Notes under the pieces: model-generated
The model's database searches: none
Seen by the model: only the letters and a program-made list of their open reading frames with translations
What the model was told of the DNA's origin: nothing
Origin: Octopus vulgaris
Lineage: Eukaryota
DNA: 64,000 nucleotides
Assembly (NCBI GenBank): GCA_951406725.2
Contig: OX597814.1
Location: 90,334,001 to 90,398,000 of the forward strand
Direction: 5' to 3'
Part shown: in pieces, positions 11,266 through 24,390 of the stretch
Position numbering within the stretch: position 1 is the first letter of the stretch
How the letters are laid out: each line of letters starts with the position of its first letter
Translations under genes and position numbers: made by a program

Positions 11266-14200
11266 CCTTAAATCCTTAAAAATGTTTTAGCCTGAAGGCC
11301 GCGGCCATGCTGGGGCACCACCGCTGAATGAGCTACACTAGTTTGTGAATCCACCTCTGATACGTGGCACTTGATCAACAAGGGAGTTCGATGCTGCTGC
11401 CCGCATCCGTGTCTCCTGTCGTGAGGTAGGTTCATCTGGGACTCCCAACAAGAAGAGATCCAGTTTAGTTTTAAAGAAACCCACATCCACACCATGTAAG
11501 TCTCTCAGGCATTTAGGGAGGATGTTAAAGAGCTGTGGTCCTCTGAAACCCAAGCTGTTGCAGTATCTGGACCTGTATTTTGATGGTGATGTTGGAATCC
11601 TTGGCACCACGCAGCGGCGCCCGTTCTGCGGTTGGAGTAACTTTGAATGCCAAAGTTTGGGACAAGACCCTCCAGGATTTTCCAGATGTATATCACTGCA
11701 TATCTCTCCCGCCTCCGCTCCAGGGAGAAGAGGTTTAATACCTTCAGTCTTTCCCAGTAGCTGACATTTTGCATTGAGACGATTTTCTTTGTGTAGCTTC
11801 TCTGAGTTGCTTCGAGTTCTGCTGTTTGTTTTATATTGTGTGGTGACCAAAGTTGGGAGCAGTAGTCCAAGCGGCTGAGGACAAATGTTTTCCATAGGAC
11901 CATCAGTGTCTCCTTCTCTCTTGTTCTGAAAGTTCGGAGAATCCATCCAGCTAGCCGTCTGCATTTTATCACCAGATTAGCAATATGCATTTGGAAAGAT
12001 GCATCATTGCTCATGTCAATGCCCAGGTCACGCACTGATTTTGACTCAGGGATTGCAATTCTTCCTGGACCAGTGTATCCAGTCTTCACGTCATTTACCT
12101 TTGTGTGCCAGTAGCGCAGGGCCTGGAACTTACCTGCATTAAACTGCATGTTGTTGTTCTCAGCCCACCTGTATATTGTGTCCAGCTCATGTTGCAGATG
12201 CGCAATATTTTCAGGGTTTTGTATTGCGTGGGAGACTTTTGTGTCATCTGCATAGCTAACAAGGGTGGTCATCGTAGCAACTGAAGGCATGTCTGAAAGG
12301 GCCACTATGAACATCAGTGGCCCCAAGACAGTGCCCTGTGGGACACCGCTTGTTATTTGCGTTTCCCTGGAGGTGGCTCCATTGCTCACAACTGCCTGCT
12401 TTCTGTCTTTTAGGAAGTTGTGCAGCCACTCTCCAAGTTTCTCGCCTATGCCGAGACCACGCAGTTTGTGACAGATCATACCATGGTCGACTTTATCAAA
12501 GGCTTTTGCAAAGTCAAGATATATTACATCCACATTTGAGCCATTTAGTAGCTGTTTCAACACCCAGTCATAGTGTTGCAGGAGCTGTGTTAGGCAGCCT
12601 CTAACTGGTCGAAATCCATGCTGGGTGTCAGACAGTAAGTCATTTTCTTCAAGGAACATGATTAGTTTCTTACGGACTATTCGTTCCATGACTTTGCTGA
12701 TGTGTGAGGTCAGAGAGATAGGCCTATAATTTTTAGCATCTGCTCTGCTGCCTCCCTTATGGATAGGGCATATTACCCCCTCTTTCAGTTTGACTGGGAG
12801 CTTACCACTTGCAAGTAAGCTCTGAAAAAGAAGCTGTAGCGGTTTTCAAGGGCTCGTTTGCACGATTTGAGAAGGATCGCTGGGAATCCATCAGGTCCAG
12901 CAGCTGAGTTTGTGTCAATCTCATCAATGGCTAGTGTGATATCATCTTCTTCGATGTTGATGCACTCAATTATTGTCTCTTTGGCCGCTGGTAAAGTGGC
13001 AAAGAATTCTTCTGGGTTGTTTACTTGCCTGTGTCCTAGAGGTGTAGTGAACACACTTTGGAACTGTTCGTTCAGTATTTCACTTATCCTCGTGGGATTT
13101 CCTGTGAGAGAGCCATCTTTTTGGAAGAGAGGTCCTATTCTCTGGTGCACTGTGGCTGTCTCTTTGGCAAACTTAAAGAAAGCTTTAAGGTTTGATTTTA
13201 TATTTTCTATTACCCAAGCTTCTTTATCTGCTCTCTCCTTTTCATGGGACTGATGTAGACTTTTCTCAGTTTCCATTAGCATTCTTTCGAGCCGAGACTT
13301 CTCACCACTTTTGGTGTGCTTGCTCAGGCGGTTTGCAATCCTTGTCCGTCGTCTCATAAGAATCCTCCTTTCTCTAGGGATCCTGTTTTTGTTCTTGTGT
13401 GTGCTGGCCCTGCACATTGGGACATATTTGTCACATATGGCTTGTATTATGGACATGAAGTGTTTGTGTTTCATGTTTATGTCCGGTGTGGAGAGACATT
13501 CAGGCCAATCCTGTTTGAGGATCTCTTTCTCAATCGACTTTCAGTTGGCTTTATGAAAGTTTAAGTTGGAGAGATGGTGGGTGCTTCGTATAGGCTGTGT
13601 GTCTGCGGGGGCTTTTGTTCCATACATAGACAGCTCTATTATGTTGTGATCCGAGATCATTGTCGGCATCACATTAACATTATGGATAATATCCATATTG
13701 TTTGTGAAGCAGAGATCCAGTATATTATCTGCCCTTGTTGGTTGCAGAACTATTTGCTCCATGAAAGAGGCATTTGTGAGATGGAGCAGGGACTCCACCT
13801 GTGCCTGCTGATGGTGTGTCATCCCTGGGAGCATCTGCCCCCCCAGGCCATTCCACATTGGGGAGGTTAAAGTCACCCATGAAGAATACACTGTTGTGCT
13901 GTTCAAGGTTGGTGAGGACTTCTCCTATTTTTGTTAGGCAGTCTTCAAACATGCCTGAGTGTTTTGGGGCATCTGGTGGGCGATATGTAGTGCATATGAC
14001 GATATTCAGTTGTCTTATGTGTACAATTTGAGTTTCACATACTGAGTTTGAATATGACAGCAGGACCTGGGGCGTGAGGTCATCTCGGATGTACATTGCA
14101 ACTCCACCATGGCTCCTCCCTTTTCTATCTGTGCGTATGATTGCATATTGCGGCATGTGTATTTCTGCATCACCTATATCGGGTTCAAGATGCGTTTCTG

Positions 14201-14560
14201 TGAGTGCCATGCATATAGCTTGATTGCAAGTCAAAAGGTCTCTCAGGAATGAAATTTTCTTTTTACAGTTTCCGCGCAGCAGCCCTCCTACATTCAGTAG
14301 AAATATTTTTGTGGTGTGTGTGTTGGTGTCTGTGGTGGCCATCCTGCATCTGTTGAAGGTGGCCTTATGTGGTGGTAGTTCCAGCTTTGTGCTTGTAGCC
14401 ATGTCAGCTGCTGAACAATTTTTTGTGCCATGCACAAAAAAGACTGCTGTTCAGCTGCCGCCCTTCTCACATCTGGGTGAAGCTGGCCACCTGTTGGGTT
14501 TCCGCGCACCACATCTGCATACCGTCTTTCATTAGTGGTCAGTGCGCTTTTTTCCCTTCT
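11262..14560 (-). mobile_element. Near full-length CR1-group LINE ORF2 (APE endonuclease + RT), frameshifted
   Basis: APE motifs (LNVGGL, LTETHL, GGVAMY, YRPP, GDFN, NILDL, SDHN) lie in ORFs 13725-14435 and 13541-13906. RT motifs lie in 12785-13474 and 11505-12689, and the C-terminus in 11338-11964. Several frameshifts; the 3'UTR motif is shared with the 9408 element. Confidence 0.92.
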
Positions 14561-14654
14561 TTTAACTTTTTGTTTTTGTTTTTGTTCTCCCTGAGGAGAA
14601 TATATATATATATATACATATATATATGTATATATATATTGTATATGTATATTC

Positions 14655-15066
14655 TTTTTCTTTTTTTATTCTTTTACCTGTTTCAGTCATTTGACTGCGG
14701 CCATGCTGGAGCACCGCCTTTAGTCGAGCAACTCGACCCCGAGACTTATTCTTTTGTAAGCCCAGTACTTATTCTATCGGTCTCTTATGCCGAACCGCTA
14801 AGTAACGGGGACATAAACGCACCAGCATCGGTTGTCAAGCAATGCTAGGGGGCAAACACAGACACACAAATACACACTCGTATACATATATATACATATA
14901 TACGACGGGCTTCTTTCAGTTTCCGTCTACCAAATCCACTCACAAGGCTTTGGTCGGCCCGAGGCTATACTAGAAGACACTTGCCGAAGGTGCCACGCAG
15001 TGGGACTGGACTCGCAACCATGTGGTTGGTAGACAAGCTACTTACCACACAGCAACTCCTGCGCCT
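14655..15066 (-). mobile_element. tRNA-derived SINE with a CR1-group LINE-like 3' end
   Basis: tRNA-like head aggcgcaggagttgctgtgtggtaag...; the 3' end ggcggtgctccagcatggccgcagtcaaatgactgaaac matches the LINE 3'UTRs. Confidence 0.85.
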
Positions 15067-15067
15067 A

Positions 15068-15114
<47 letters not shown>

Positions 15115-15127
15115 CTATATGCACATA

Positions 15128-15258
<131 letters not shown>

Positions 15259-15403
15259 AAAAAATGAAGTTCGAAAATGCTGCTGTATTATACAATTTTT
15301 AATTTTTATATATACATTATAACATGTTTCAGTTCCTGAAATGAACCTTATCAAAAAAAGTTATATATAAAAAGAGACAGCTCATGCCGTCAAACACAAG
15401 AAA

Positions 15404-15460
<57 letters not shown>

Positions 15461-16636
15461 TGGTATATTTACATATAAAATTTACACTTGATCGTTCGTG
15501 GCTGGTTCTAATCAATTACATCGACCCCAATGTGCAACTGGTATCTATTTTATCAACCCGAAAAGAATGCACGACAAACTCAACCTCGGCTGGAGACGAG
15601 GAACGGAGCAAACTACGGAGAAGTAAGTCGTGTATGTTATGGGAATGCGTAAAAGAGTGGGGCTGCAGTGGGGAAATGGGAATGTGTGATAGGGTTCGAT
15701 TGGAACAGGTGAAAAATATATAGGATCTTAGGATAAAGATGTATTGTGAAGGAATAGAAAAGAAGAAAACTTCTTATGCGGATGAGAGGGTAATGGGTGT
15801 ATGGCGAGAGGGCTGCGTGGCAATAGACTTCTGAGGCACATGATTTTGGACTAGACTGAAGGTTTTCTGCTTTGAATGAAGAAAAGAACAATGTCTTTTT
15901 ACCGGGTCCCATAATTGCTATCACGGCTGCTTAGGCAGCTGAAGCGTAGGAACCGAAAGCCAAATATAACTGGTTTGGCTTGGGTTGGGTGGGACGAGAA
16001 AAATAAGGATAGGACAGGTAATTGTTGCGTCTGCAGAAGGCGTAATGTTGAGGACATAATAGAGTGCATGAAAGAAACAGATACATAAAAAGTGCTAATG
16101 CGAGAACTAATAATACGTACATACATGCACACATATATATATTTAAAATATATATGTGTGTATATATCGTTGAGAATTTTGAAATAGTAATTTTTGATTT
16201 GATTTTATCTTATATATATGTACCCACATTTACGGTGAGATGGGATTAAGGGAAATATATGGGAAAAAGTGTTATGAGTAAATACTCTCTCAATTCAATG
16301 CTATAGTCGTCATGAAACATAGGACGAATAAGAACGGATAAATCGTATCTATGCATTAGGTATAAATCATATAAGAGATAAACATTTATTTGGTACAGAA
16401 AATTGTAATCGTAAAAATGATGGATAATGAGAATAAATAAAGCCTTCTATCGTTTACTTCTAAGTGTGTTCCTTGCATCATAATCTTTATTTTATGTTTC
16501 AATTGTATTTGGTTCATTCAAGAGAGTGTATGAGTGAATGTACTTCTCTGTGTTGTGAATGTGTTTATGCGTGATGTGTGTGAATGTGTAAGGTTAGTGA
16601 GACACATTGAGAAATAACTTTATGCATGTATGCATA

Positions 16637-17517
16637 CGAGAAAGTACCCAAAAGTAAACAGGAACGTTCTTTGTGGGACAATCCCCTTGTATTTCAGGCT
16701 TCTGCCGATAGAAGCCACTTCATCCAACGCTCAGGCATCACTCTGCTAACTGGTGTCGTTACGTGAAGTCGTTCTGCTACGCTACGTGGTGCATCTTTGC
16801 TTTGCAGTGTTTCACCCTTGTTCGTCGATTTTTGTGATGCCTGAAACGAAGGAACAGGGTGCTTCCGTGAAAATCTGTTTTCTGCAGGGGGAAAAGTTGT
16901 ATGAAACAGTTCTCATGCTTCGAACAACTTAGAAGGACGCTGTCATGAGCAAAACACAAGTTTACGAGTAGTTCCTCCGCTTTAGGAATGATCAGTTGCC
17001 GCTATGAGACCCATCTCGTTAGGGCGACCCCCAACCTGCGAACGAATGAAAGCATCACGAAACTTCATGAAATGATCATGGAGGACCATCACCGAACAAT
17101 TGACGAAATTGTTGATTTGACTGGTGTGTCATGGAACTGCAGCCAATTTTGAACGAGGAATTGCGAATGAGAAGAGATGCAGCAAAATTTTTACCTCGTT
17201 TGTTAACAGAAGATCAAAAGCACTTCCGACTTAATGTGTGTCGTGGACTGAATGAACAGTTGGAGGTTGATCCAGACCTTTTTTCGAAGGTGATTACTGC
17301 TGACGAAAGTTGGCGCTACGGAATTTGCAGATGTGGAAGATGTAAATGGAGTTCGTAAGAGTTCCAGCATTGCTTCGAAAAGTGGAAAACGCATCCGGAT
17401 CGATGTTTTGCTTCAGATGGAATACATCGATCTTGGGAGGTGATAAAGTGTAAATATGTAAAACTAAGTAAATAAAACAATAACGCAAAATTCCGGTTTC
17501 TAATTGGTACCCCCTTG
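16637..17517 (+). mobile_element. Internally deleted mariner transposon
   Basis: Degenerate TIRs (cgagaaagtacccaaaagtaaacaggaa / ttccggtttctaattggtacccccttg) flanked by TA. Transposase remnants include MSKTQVYE, AAKFLPRLLTEDQK and VITADESW. Confidence 0.85.
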
Positions 17518-17594
17518 TATACGTGTGCGCATGAGTGTATCCACACACGCGCACACAGTCATGAAATACACATATATGTATATAGATGTATATA

Positions 17595-17625
<31 letters not shown>

Positions 17626-17654
17626 GTACATCTAATACTACTTTCAGATACAAA

Positions 17655-18050
17655 CACACACACACAGGCTCTCTCTCACTTTCTCCCCATTCATCACCCT
17701 CTTTTTATATATTACATCCTTCCACACCACTACACACTCAATAACACTATAAAATGGTCAAATTTTTTCCCAAGATCTTAGTTCCCCGTTGGAGTAAACA
17801 TCCTGACCAACTACAAAAGAAACCAGCATAACAATTTTTTCTTCTTCCCTCTCTCCCTTTTCTTCCTTCCCTTCTTTCTCTCTAACACTATTTTCAGATA
17901 TAAAAGAACACACACACACACATGCTCTCACTTTCACTTTCTCCCCATTCTTCACCCTCTTGTACTATCTTTTATCCCTCCCCACCACTACACACTCAAT
18001 AACACTATAAAATGGTCAAAATTTTCCCGCAGGAACTTAGTTCCATTTGA
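17655..18050 (+). repeat. Local direct duplication (~130 bp units)
   Basis: cacacaca..ctctcacttt..ctccccattc..caccactacacactcaataacactataaaatggtcaaa occurs at ~17655-17790 and ~17908-18045. Confidence 0.8.
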
Positions 18051-18218
18051 AAAATCCACCAGAATGGACGAAAACGCTAATATATGATATATGATATAAG
18101 TTATATGATGTATAAAAACATGTAATATACAAATAAATATCTGTAAATATAAAACCATCCGAATTTCTGAGTACCTAATTTCTTCTAATATAAAATACCT
18201 GTACATCATCTCCAAACC

Positions 18219-18260
<42 letters not shown>

Positions 18261-18318
18261 TATGTACACATGCACACAGACATGGGTGCATGCAGACACA
18301 CACACACACATACACACA

Positions 18319-18368
<50 letters not shown>

Positions 18369-19464
18369 GGTAAATCAAATAATCGTATGTGCTTAATGGT
18401 TTTACAACACACATAGATAATAGTAAAAATGAAAACCAGTTAATATTGTACCTTTATTGAGAAATTGTTACAATCGAGCTCTTTTAAAATGTTACCAAAT
18501 CAGACGATAAATTATAACCAGTCGAGAATAATTTGCATATTTGAATATATTGCTTTTGTAATACACTTAAACTTATTTTACAGTTCTCATAGACTTTGAA
18601 GACAAATATAATTACATACTGAATAGTAAATTTATACGATTTGTATTCTAAACTTCTTTGATATTCGTAGAGAATAATTTAACAAGTAAGAAAGCTATAT
18701 CTTCGATTCTGATGCTTATTATGAAACTTTGATATTCCTAAGATATTTATATTTCCTATGAAGTAATATCAATATTACTTCGACTGTATTCTAATAAATA
18801 AAGCTTAAATACGCACGTGACACTGCATTAGATTAAGATAACGATGTGTATGACATTTATGATATATATACAGCGAACATTGGTACTAGATGTAATCTTT
18901 TCCCCCAAGGTTATTTCTCAAAAAATTTGTATCACCCCACAGTCAGATATTGTGACTGGTGTATTACCAGGAGCGTTTGTCGACTGCACCAGTTCTTAAC
19001 ATAGATGAAAATTCAGACATTCTGAGCTAAACCAATAAATATTTGTTGTCCTATGGAAATCTGTAAAGTAAACATTCGCCGATTTGTGCAAAAGCTGATC
19101 AAGCTAGAATGAAGTTATTATACGTGATTTAAACAACTGGAGTAAATACGACACGGGCTACATATATTTCATAGCGACCGGAACCTCAGAACTGGTAAAT
19201 ATCCAGCCGAGGTGTATACCACAGGCTACTCTTCTGGCTAAGGATATCGTAGTTAAATAAAAGTATATATATACATATATATATATATATAATGGCAGGT
19301 AAGACTATTAAGTGCTACGGGAGAACTGTACTTAGACTCTCTGTTCGATAATAATACGAGTGATGAGTCTAATAGGTGTCTTGTGTGAGCATGTTTATGT
19401 TAAATAAAATGAAACAAAACCAAGGTTGTGTGGAATTTATAGGATATTTATAAAGAGAATGATA

Positions 19465-19512
19465 GTTTTAGAACTGTTTCTGGGACATTAGGGATATCCC
19501 TTCAACAGATAC
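19465..19512 (-). ncRNA. Decayed hammerhead ribozyme
   Basis: CUGUUGA-agggauaucccuaaugucccA-GAAA-CAGUUC-UA; core mutated and stem I lost. Confidence 0.4.
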
Positions 19513-20358
19513 GATACGAGAATGTTAACTAGAGAGAAATAACAGAGTTCAATATAAGGAGCTATTTTGGAAAAGGATGGATAATACAAGTATAAAGGGA
19601 AATAAGACAATAAAAATAAAAGTAAAAATATATGTAGGATGTTACAGTTGCAGTTCCATTACCCAAGGAAAGTGCTGTGTAAAATGGGTAGAAAGATATT
19701 TTGTCCATGGTATGAAGATTCTGATAGGAGTTCATATTTTGTTATTACAAGTAGATAATGTGGAAGCATAAAATCCATGTTCTGTTAAATCAAGGCATTT
19801 TGTGTAAATGAAATTTTGAGAATTTATTGGTAGGGGTAAGTAGAGAGAAGAGAACAGATATGTATGTTAGCAGGAGAATGGTATTAGTCAAAAGGAATAG
19901 GAGAAGAAAGGAAGAAAGAAAGAGGAACAAAAACTGAAAAAGGAGTGCTAGATGGCGGTCAAGATATTGTGATGAGGATGGGCGTGGAGAGTTCAGGATA
20001 AAAGGAATAGGGGAAGGAAAGAAAGAAGATATAAGAGTGTAAGGAAGGAATATGTGTGGGAAGTGGGAGTTGGGGTAATATGTTTGAAATGCACTAAGGT
20101 GGGGAGTTAGGAAAATAAAATGGTACGGTGGTGTGTACTAAAGTGAGTAGTAATCCTCAAAAAGGAAGAAAAGAATAATATAATGGTCAAATTTCTAAAA
20201 ATAGACGTATTTATTGTACTAGGTTAAATGATACTGGTGGAGATGAACTGTAACTACTTTTATGCCCTTATTTCCCTTTATACTCCCATTATCCATCCTT
20301 TTCCAAAATAACTCCTTTTACTGAACTCTACTATTTCCCTCTATTCAACTCTTATATT

Positions 20359-20406
20359 GCCTCTGATGAAGGAATATCCCTAATATCCGAGAAACAGTTG
20401 TAAGAC
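20359..20406 (+). ncRNA. Hammerhead ribozyme with weakened stems
   Basis: GCCU-CUGAUGA-aggaauaucccuaauauccga-GAAA-CAGUUG-UA-AGAC; stem I pairs 3 of 4. Confidence 0.55.
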
Positions 20407-20464
20407 TATCTTTCTCTTTATAAATGTCCGATAAATTCCTCAAAGCCTTAGGTTTGTTGTCCCA

Positions 20465-20506
<42 letters not shown>

Positions 20507-20830
20507 GTTTTTTCCTTCTTTCTTCAAATTTTGTTCTGTTTCTCGCCGAGCGTTTTCCATACACCTAGGGCAGAGAAGGGCATTGTATGCATTCCCAGAT
20601 TACACGCGCAAATTCACAGATAAAATATGTATTTAAAAATTAGTATATAAATGAATTCATGGATGGATGTTATTTTCACAACGATAGTGCTCTTCTCAGT
20701 ACATGAGTCGTTCTAGTTAATACGATTTTTTGCACTTCCTGTAGGGATGGTAAGCCTGGAATCATTTTCAAATAGGTTTCAGTACCTTTTTTTATCATTC
20801 CTAGATATCCTACAATCACTGGTACTGTAA
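20507..20830 (-). mobile_element. R4/Dong-like non-LTR element 3' end inserted in (TAA)n
   Basis: C-terminal TVPVIVGYLGMIKK...SLQEVQKIVLTRTTHVLRRALSL* resembles the end of RLE-type elements. (TAT)n arrays lie on both sides (20468-20506, 20831-21003). Confidence 0.75.
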
Positions 20831-20896
<66 letters not shown>

Positions 20897-20931
20897 CATC
20901 ATCATCATCATCATCATTGTTATTATTATTA

Positions 20932-21010
<79 letters not shown>

Positions 21011-21029
21011 GTATTTGTACGTAGCAAAT

Positions 21030-21750
21030 TGCCGACCTCACAAACGATGTACGAGCGGTCCAAAGAAGGGGAGAGGTTTGGACTGTATGCAGGGTACCCC
21101 AGTAATTCAGAACCGGAATTTTCAATAGTTTCAAATGCTTAGGCAGCCGTATGTGTGAATGCATTGTCGTGCAACAATGGCGCTTACTTTGACAATAGAC
21201 CTCGATTTTTGGCGCGAATTGTTAGTTTCAGTTTGTTGGTCAGTATTTCATGGTACCCTGCAGAAGCGTCTGTAGACATATTTTCGAGGTAATGTTCCAG
21301 TAGAGGATCTGTTTTCATCCCCAAAATGGTTAGCGTAATTTTTTTCTTTGCAAAGTTGATATTTGGATTCCTTTTTCGCTTGCGGATCGAGGTTTTCTCA
21401 CTCCATACTATGTCTTTTAGATTCGAGCTCAGTGATGGACCTAAAATGTGACTCCTGCTCTCTCTTCGTCCTTCATGCTTATCCGGCTATTTTTAAACTT
21501 CTCGGTCAACTCATGTAGGCTTCTGCGCAGTAGGGCGCTGTTAGAGTATACTGCTGAAAGCCTGCGATGAATTTCAGACCTTGACACATCTTGAGAACAG
21601 AAAAATCGGATCGGTGATCTTTGTTGTTCCTTAGTGCACATTGCCATCGCAGCATTCATGTTTATTCTATAACACAAGAAAGAAAAGTGGAGCAATGAAG
21701 CTGAAACCTCGATTACGTAACCACAAGTCTACATTATTTTTTACTTCCAC
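21030..21750 (-). mobile_element. Degraded mariner transposase relic
   Basis: EQQRSPIRFF...SEIHRRLSAVY...KFKNSRISMKDEERAG is the mariner N-terminal HTH region. Element ends are approximate. Confidence 0.75.
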
Positions 21751-21762
21751 TTTTGTGCATGC

Positions 21763-22075
21763 GTGTGCGCAGTAAGAAGTTTGCTTCCCAACCACATGGC
21801 TTCAGGTCAGTTCCCCCGCAGGGTACCTGCCTTCTACTATTGCCTCCTGCCAATCAAGGCCTTGCGTGTGGATTGGTTGATGGAAACTGAAAGAAGTCTG
21901 TCGTATGTATTTATATCTATGTGTGCATATGTCTTTCTGTCAGTGTTTGACCCCCTCCACTGCTTGACGACCGGTGTATGTCTCCGTAATTTGGAGGTTC
22001 GGCCAAAGACTTCCATAGAACAAGTACTAGGCTTAAAAACAGAGTACTGGGTTGATTTATTCGACTAAGAATACG
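21763..22075 (+). mobile_element. Diverged SINE (14655 family)
   Basis: taagaagtttgcttcccaaccacatgg...ggaaactgaaagaag...gatttattcgacta. Confidence 0.7.
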
Positions 22076-22139
22076 TAAATGATAAATGTTATAACACATA
22101 CGCAGAACGGCACTAGCTGTAATGTTTTGTCTTATTAAA

Positions 22140-22487
22140 ATTTCTCAAAGAATGGTGGTGACCCCCTTCGGTCAGACACTGACCATGGGTTTGCAACTAG
22201 AGAGTTACCCTCTGAGGCACAAGTCTGGGCAAGGTTGTTTTTTATGGAAGACCAGCAGTCGCTCATGCATACCGGCCTCCCCTCTCCACGCCACCTATGT
22301 TATCCAAGGGAAAGGCAAGGGCCGATACAGCTTGGCACCTGTGACGTCGCAACTCATTTCTACAGCTGAGTGAACTGGAGCAACGTGAAATAAAGTGTCT
22401 TGCCCAAGAACACAACACGCACCCCGGTCCGGGATTCGAGCTCACAACCTCACGATCGTAAGCTCGACGCTCTAACCACTGAGCCAC
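22140..22487 (-). mobile_element. tRNA-derived SINE (second family)
   Basis: A-box-like tggctcagtggttagagcg and B-box-like gagctcgaatccc, followed by gtgttcttgggcaagacact. Confidence 0.8.
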
Positions 22488-23799
22488 TACTCACAGAATA
22501 TTGCGTGTTAAAACGCACAGAGCTCGTTTTGAAGGTTGTCGATAGATTGCCAAACAAGGTTTCGTCCCCGTTTGGTCTACCTGTTGACATATAACTCCCG
22601 GACATTCAGAACTAACCCAAAAATATTCGTATGGGTATTAATATCGGTAAAGAAAACATTCATTGATTGTACGAAAGCTGGCCAAGAAAAGATAAAAATG
22701 TACGCACACATGCACATTTTTAATACTAATCTTTATGAGAAGTTTGTCTACGACCAAATATTACAATCATTTCCGTTATACTTTTCTAAATACATTGTAA
22801 ATGTTATTCACATCGCTATTTGAATACAGTTCTGGCTTAGGTGTGTCAGAGTTTTAGTTCTCTGCGGCTATGCAATCAAAGCCTAAAATGTTATGATTAA
22901 TGACATAGACACAATAGAAAATCCTACTTTGTGCTTAATGGTATGTACATTAGTGAATTCCACTAATTAATCTATAATGGATTCTATATTCCTAACCTAC
23001 CATCTTGATACTGCTTAGCAGGTATCATTATCAAGACGAAAGTTCTATTTTCATTACATCGAGTGGGCATAGAATTATTTGAATGTGCCATATTGAATAC
23101 ATATAAAGTTATTGATTTCCGTCAACAGACTGCAGCCATGCTGAGAACTTACCTTCAAGGGATATATTCGAGTATATTAAATTATGAAAAAGTATTTAAG
23201 AATATCGGACGAAGAAGCTACGTAAAATGGAACGGGAGTAAATAACTGTTAATGAAAGTAGAGCAAGATCTTCCCAGCGACCCGGAAAATTGCTTTAGCA
23301 TTCCAATCTGATATGTCTACGTACACATACGTTAACAGAAATACGGTTTCTATGATGCACAATGAAATTGACCACAGATTTCTACAAATACATATATAGC
23401 ATACAAACAAATACACTTTGTTTGAAATGAAGCCAGTTTGGAATGAAGCCAGTTACCTAACTTGACTTATACAGAGTTCTCCACTGGAATTCTGTAGTTT
23501 AAAAACGTATGTTTTATAGTTTTTATTGCTAAATTAGGTAGGGTTTTTGGGGGTTACGTTGACAGTATTGACTCACTTAGGAAGGAGGTGACATGGGTGT
23601 TTCACAGGACCTGTAATTAGGCGGCCGATCTTTCACCTATTAGAAGCAGCGATTATAAATTCCAAATTGAAGCTGTGGGATATGAAATGTGTTAAAAAGG
23701 GAATAATATTTATTGCGGGGTGGGAAATTAAAGACTCGTATTTTGACTTGACTTGAAGAAAAGAAATAGCAATAATGGCGGTAACACTGACGGCCCTGG

Positions 23800-24390
23800 A
23801 ATTAGCGATAAATTAAAAGCAACAACCGTAGGAAAGCAACTTTGACACGTCTTTCCTTTGACTCTTATACGACAAGAGATTATTTAAACGCACGCTTAAA
23901 TTCAACTCCTCAGACTACTTCTACATTATCTAGCAGGAAAGTCAACATCGTACGTGAAGAATTCCACCCACTTCACAGAATTGATCAAGGATATCCCCAT
24001 TGAATCCAGCCAGATGGTGAGTCTAGATTAGATAAGTTTGTTCACCAAAGTCACAACTGGTGAAGCACTATCTGTGATTCAAGAAAAAACTAGTGACAGA
24101 CACCCATCTAAAAGAATGCACTAGTATACCAATAAGAAACTTGAGAGAAATGTTCCACTTCTGTGTAGAAACTATCTATTTCAGTATGGGCACTAATATT
24201 TATCGATAAGAAGAGGGTTTACCTATAGGGTCGCCATTATCACCGATAATACCCAATATATACATGGAATACTTTGAGAATTTGGCTTTAGAATCAACAC
24301 CACTAAAACCTACCCTATGGCTGCGATATGTTGAAGACATCTTTATTCTTTGGCCCCTCCAGGGAGATGTCCAAGTGCTGTTAGATCAAC
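23800..24390 (+). pseudogene. Penelope-type reverse transcriptase fragment
   Basis: VSLD*ISLFTKV, EGLPIGSPLSPIIPNIYMEYFE and WLRYVEDIF (YVDD-like); contains stops and frameshifts. Confidence 0.8.

Larger units (their letters stand above)
19400..20470. mobile_element. Old PLE-like 3' region with diverged ~210 bp inverted arms
   Basis: ~19400-19615 is the reverse complement of ~20257-20470, with many substitutions. Each arm holds a decayed hammerhead. Confidence 0.7.

Noticed and set aside
20676-21164. Poly-Asn/Asp protein of 162 aa
   Set aside because: Chimeric frame made of mariner flank, (AAT)n microsatellite and a retroelement C-terminus.
22420-22487. tRNA-like sequence on the minus strand
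   Set aside because: It continues directly into a SINE body and lacks a convincing acceptor stem; it is a SINE head, not a tRNA gene.
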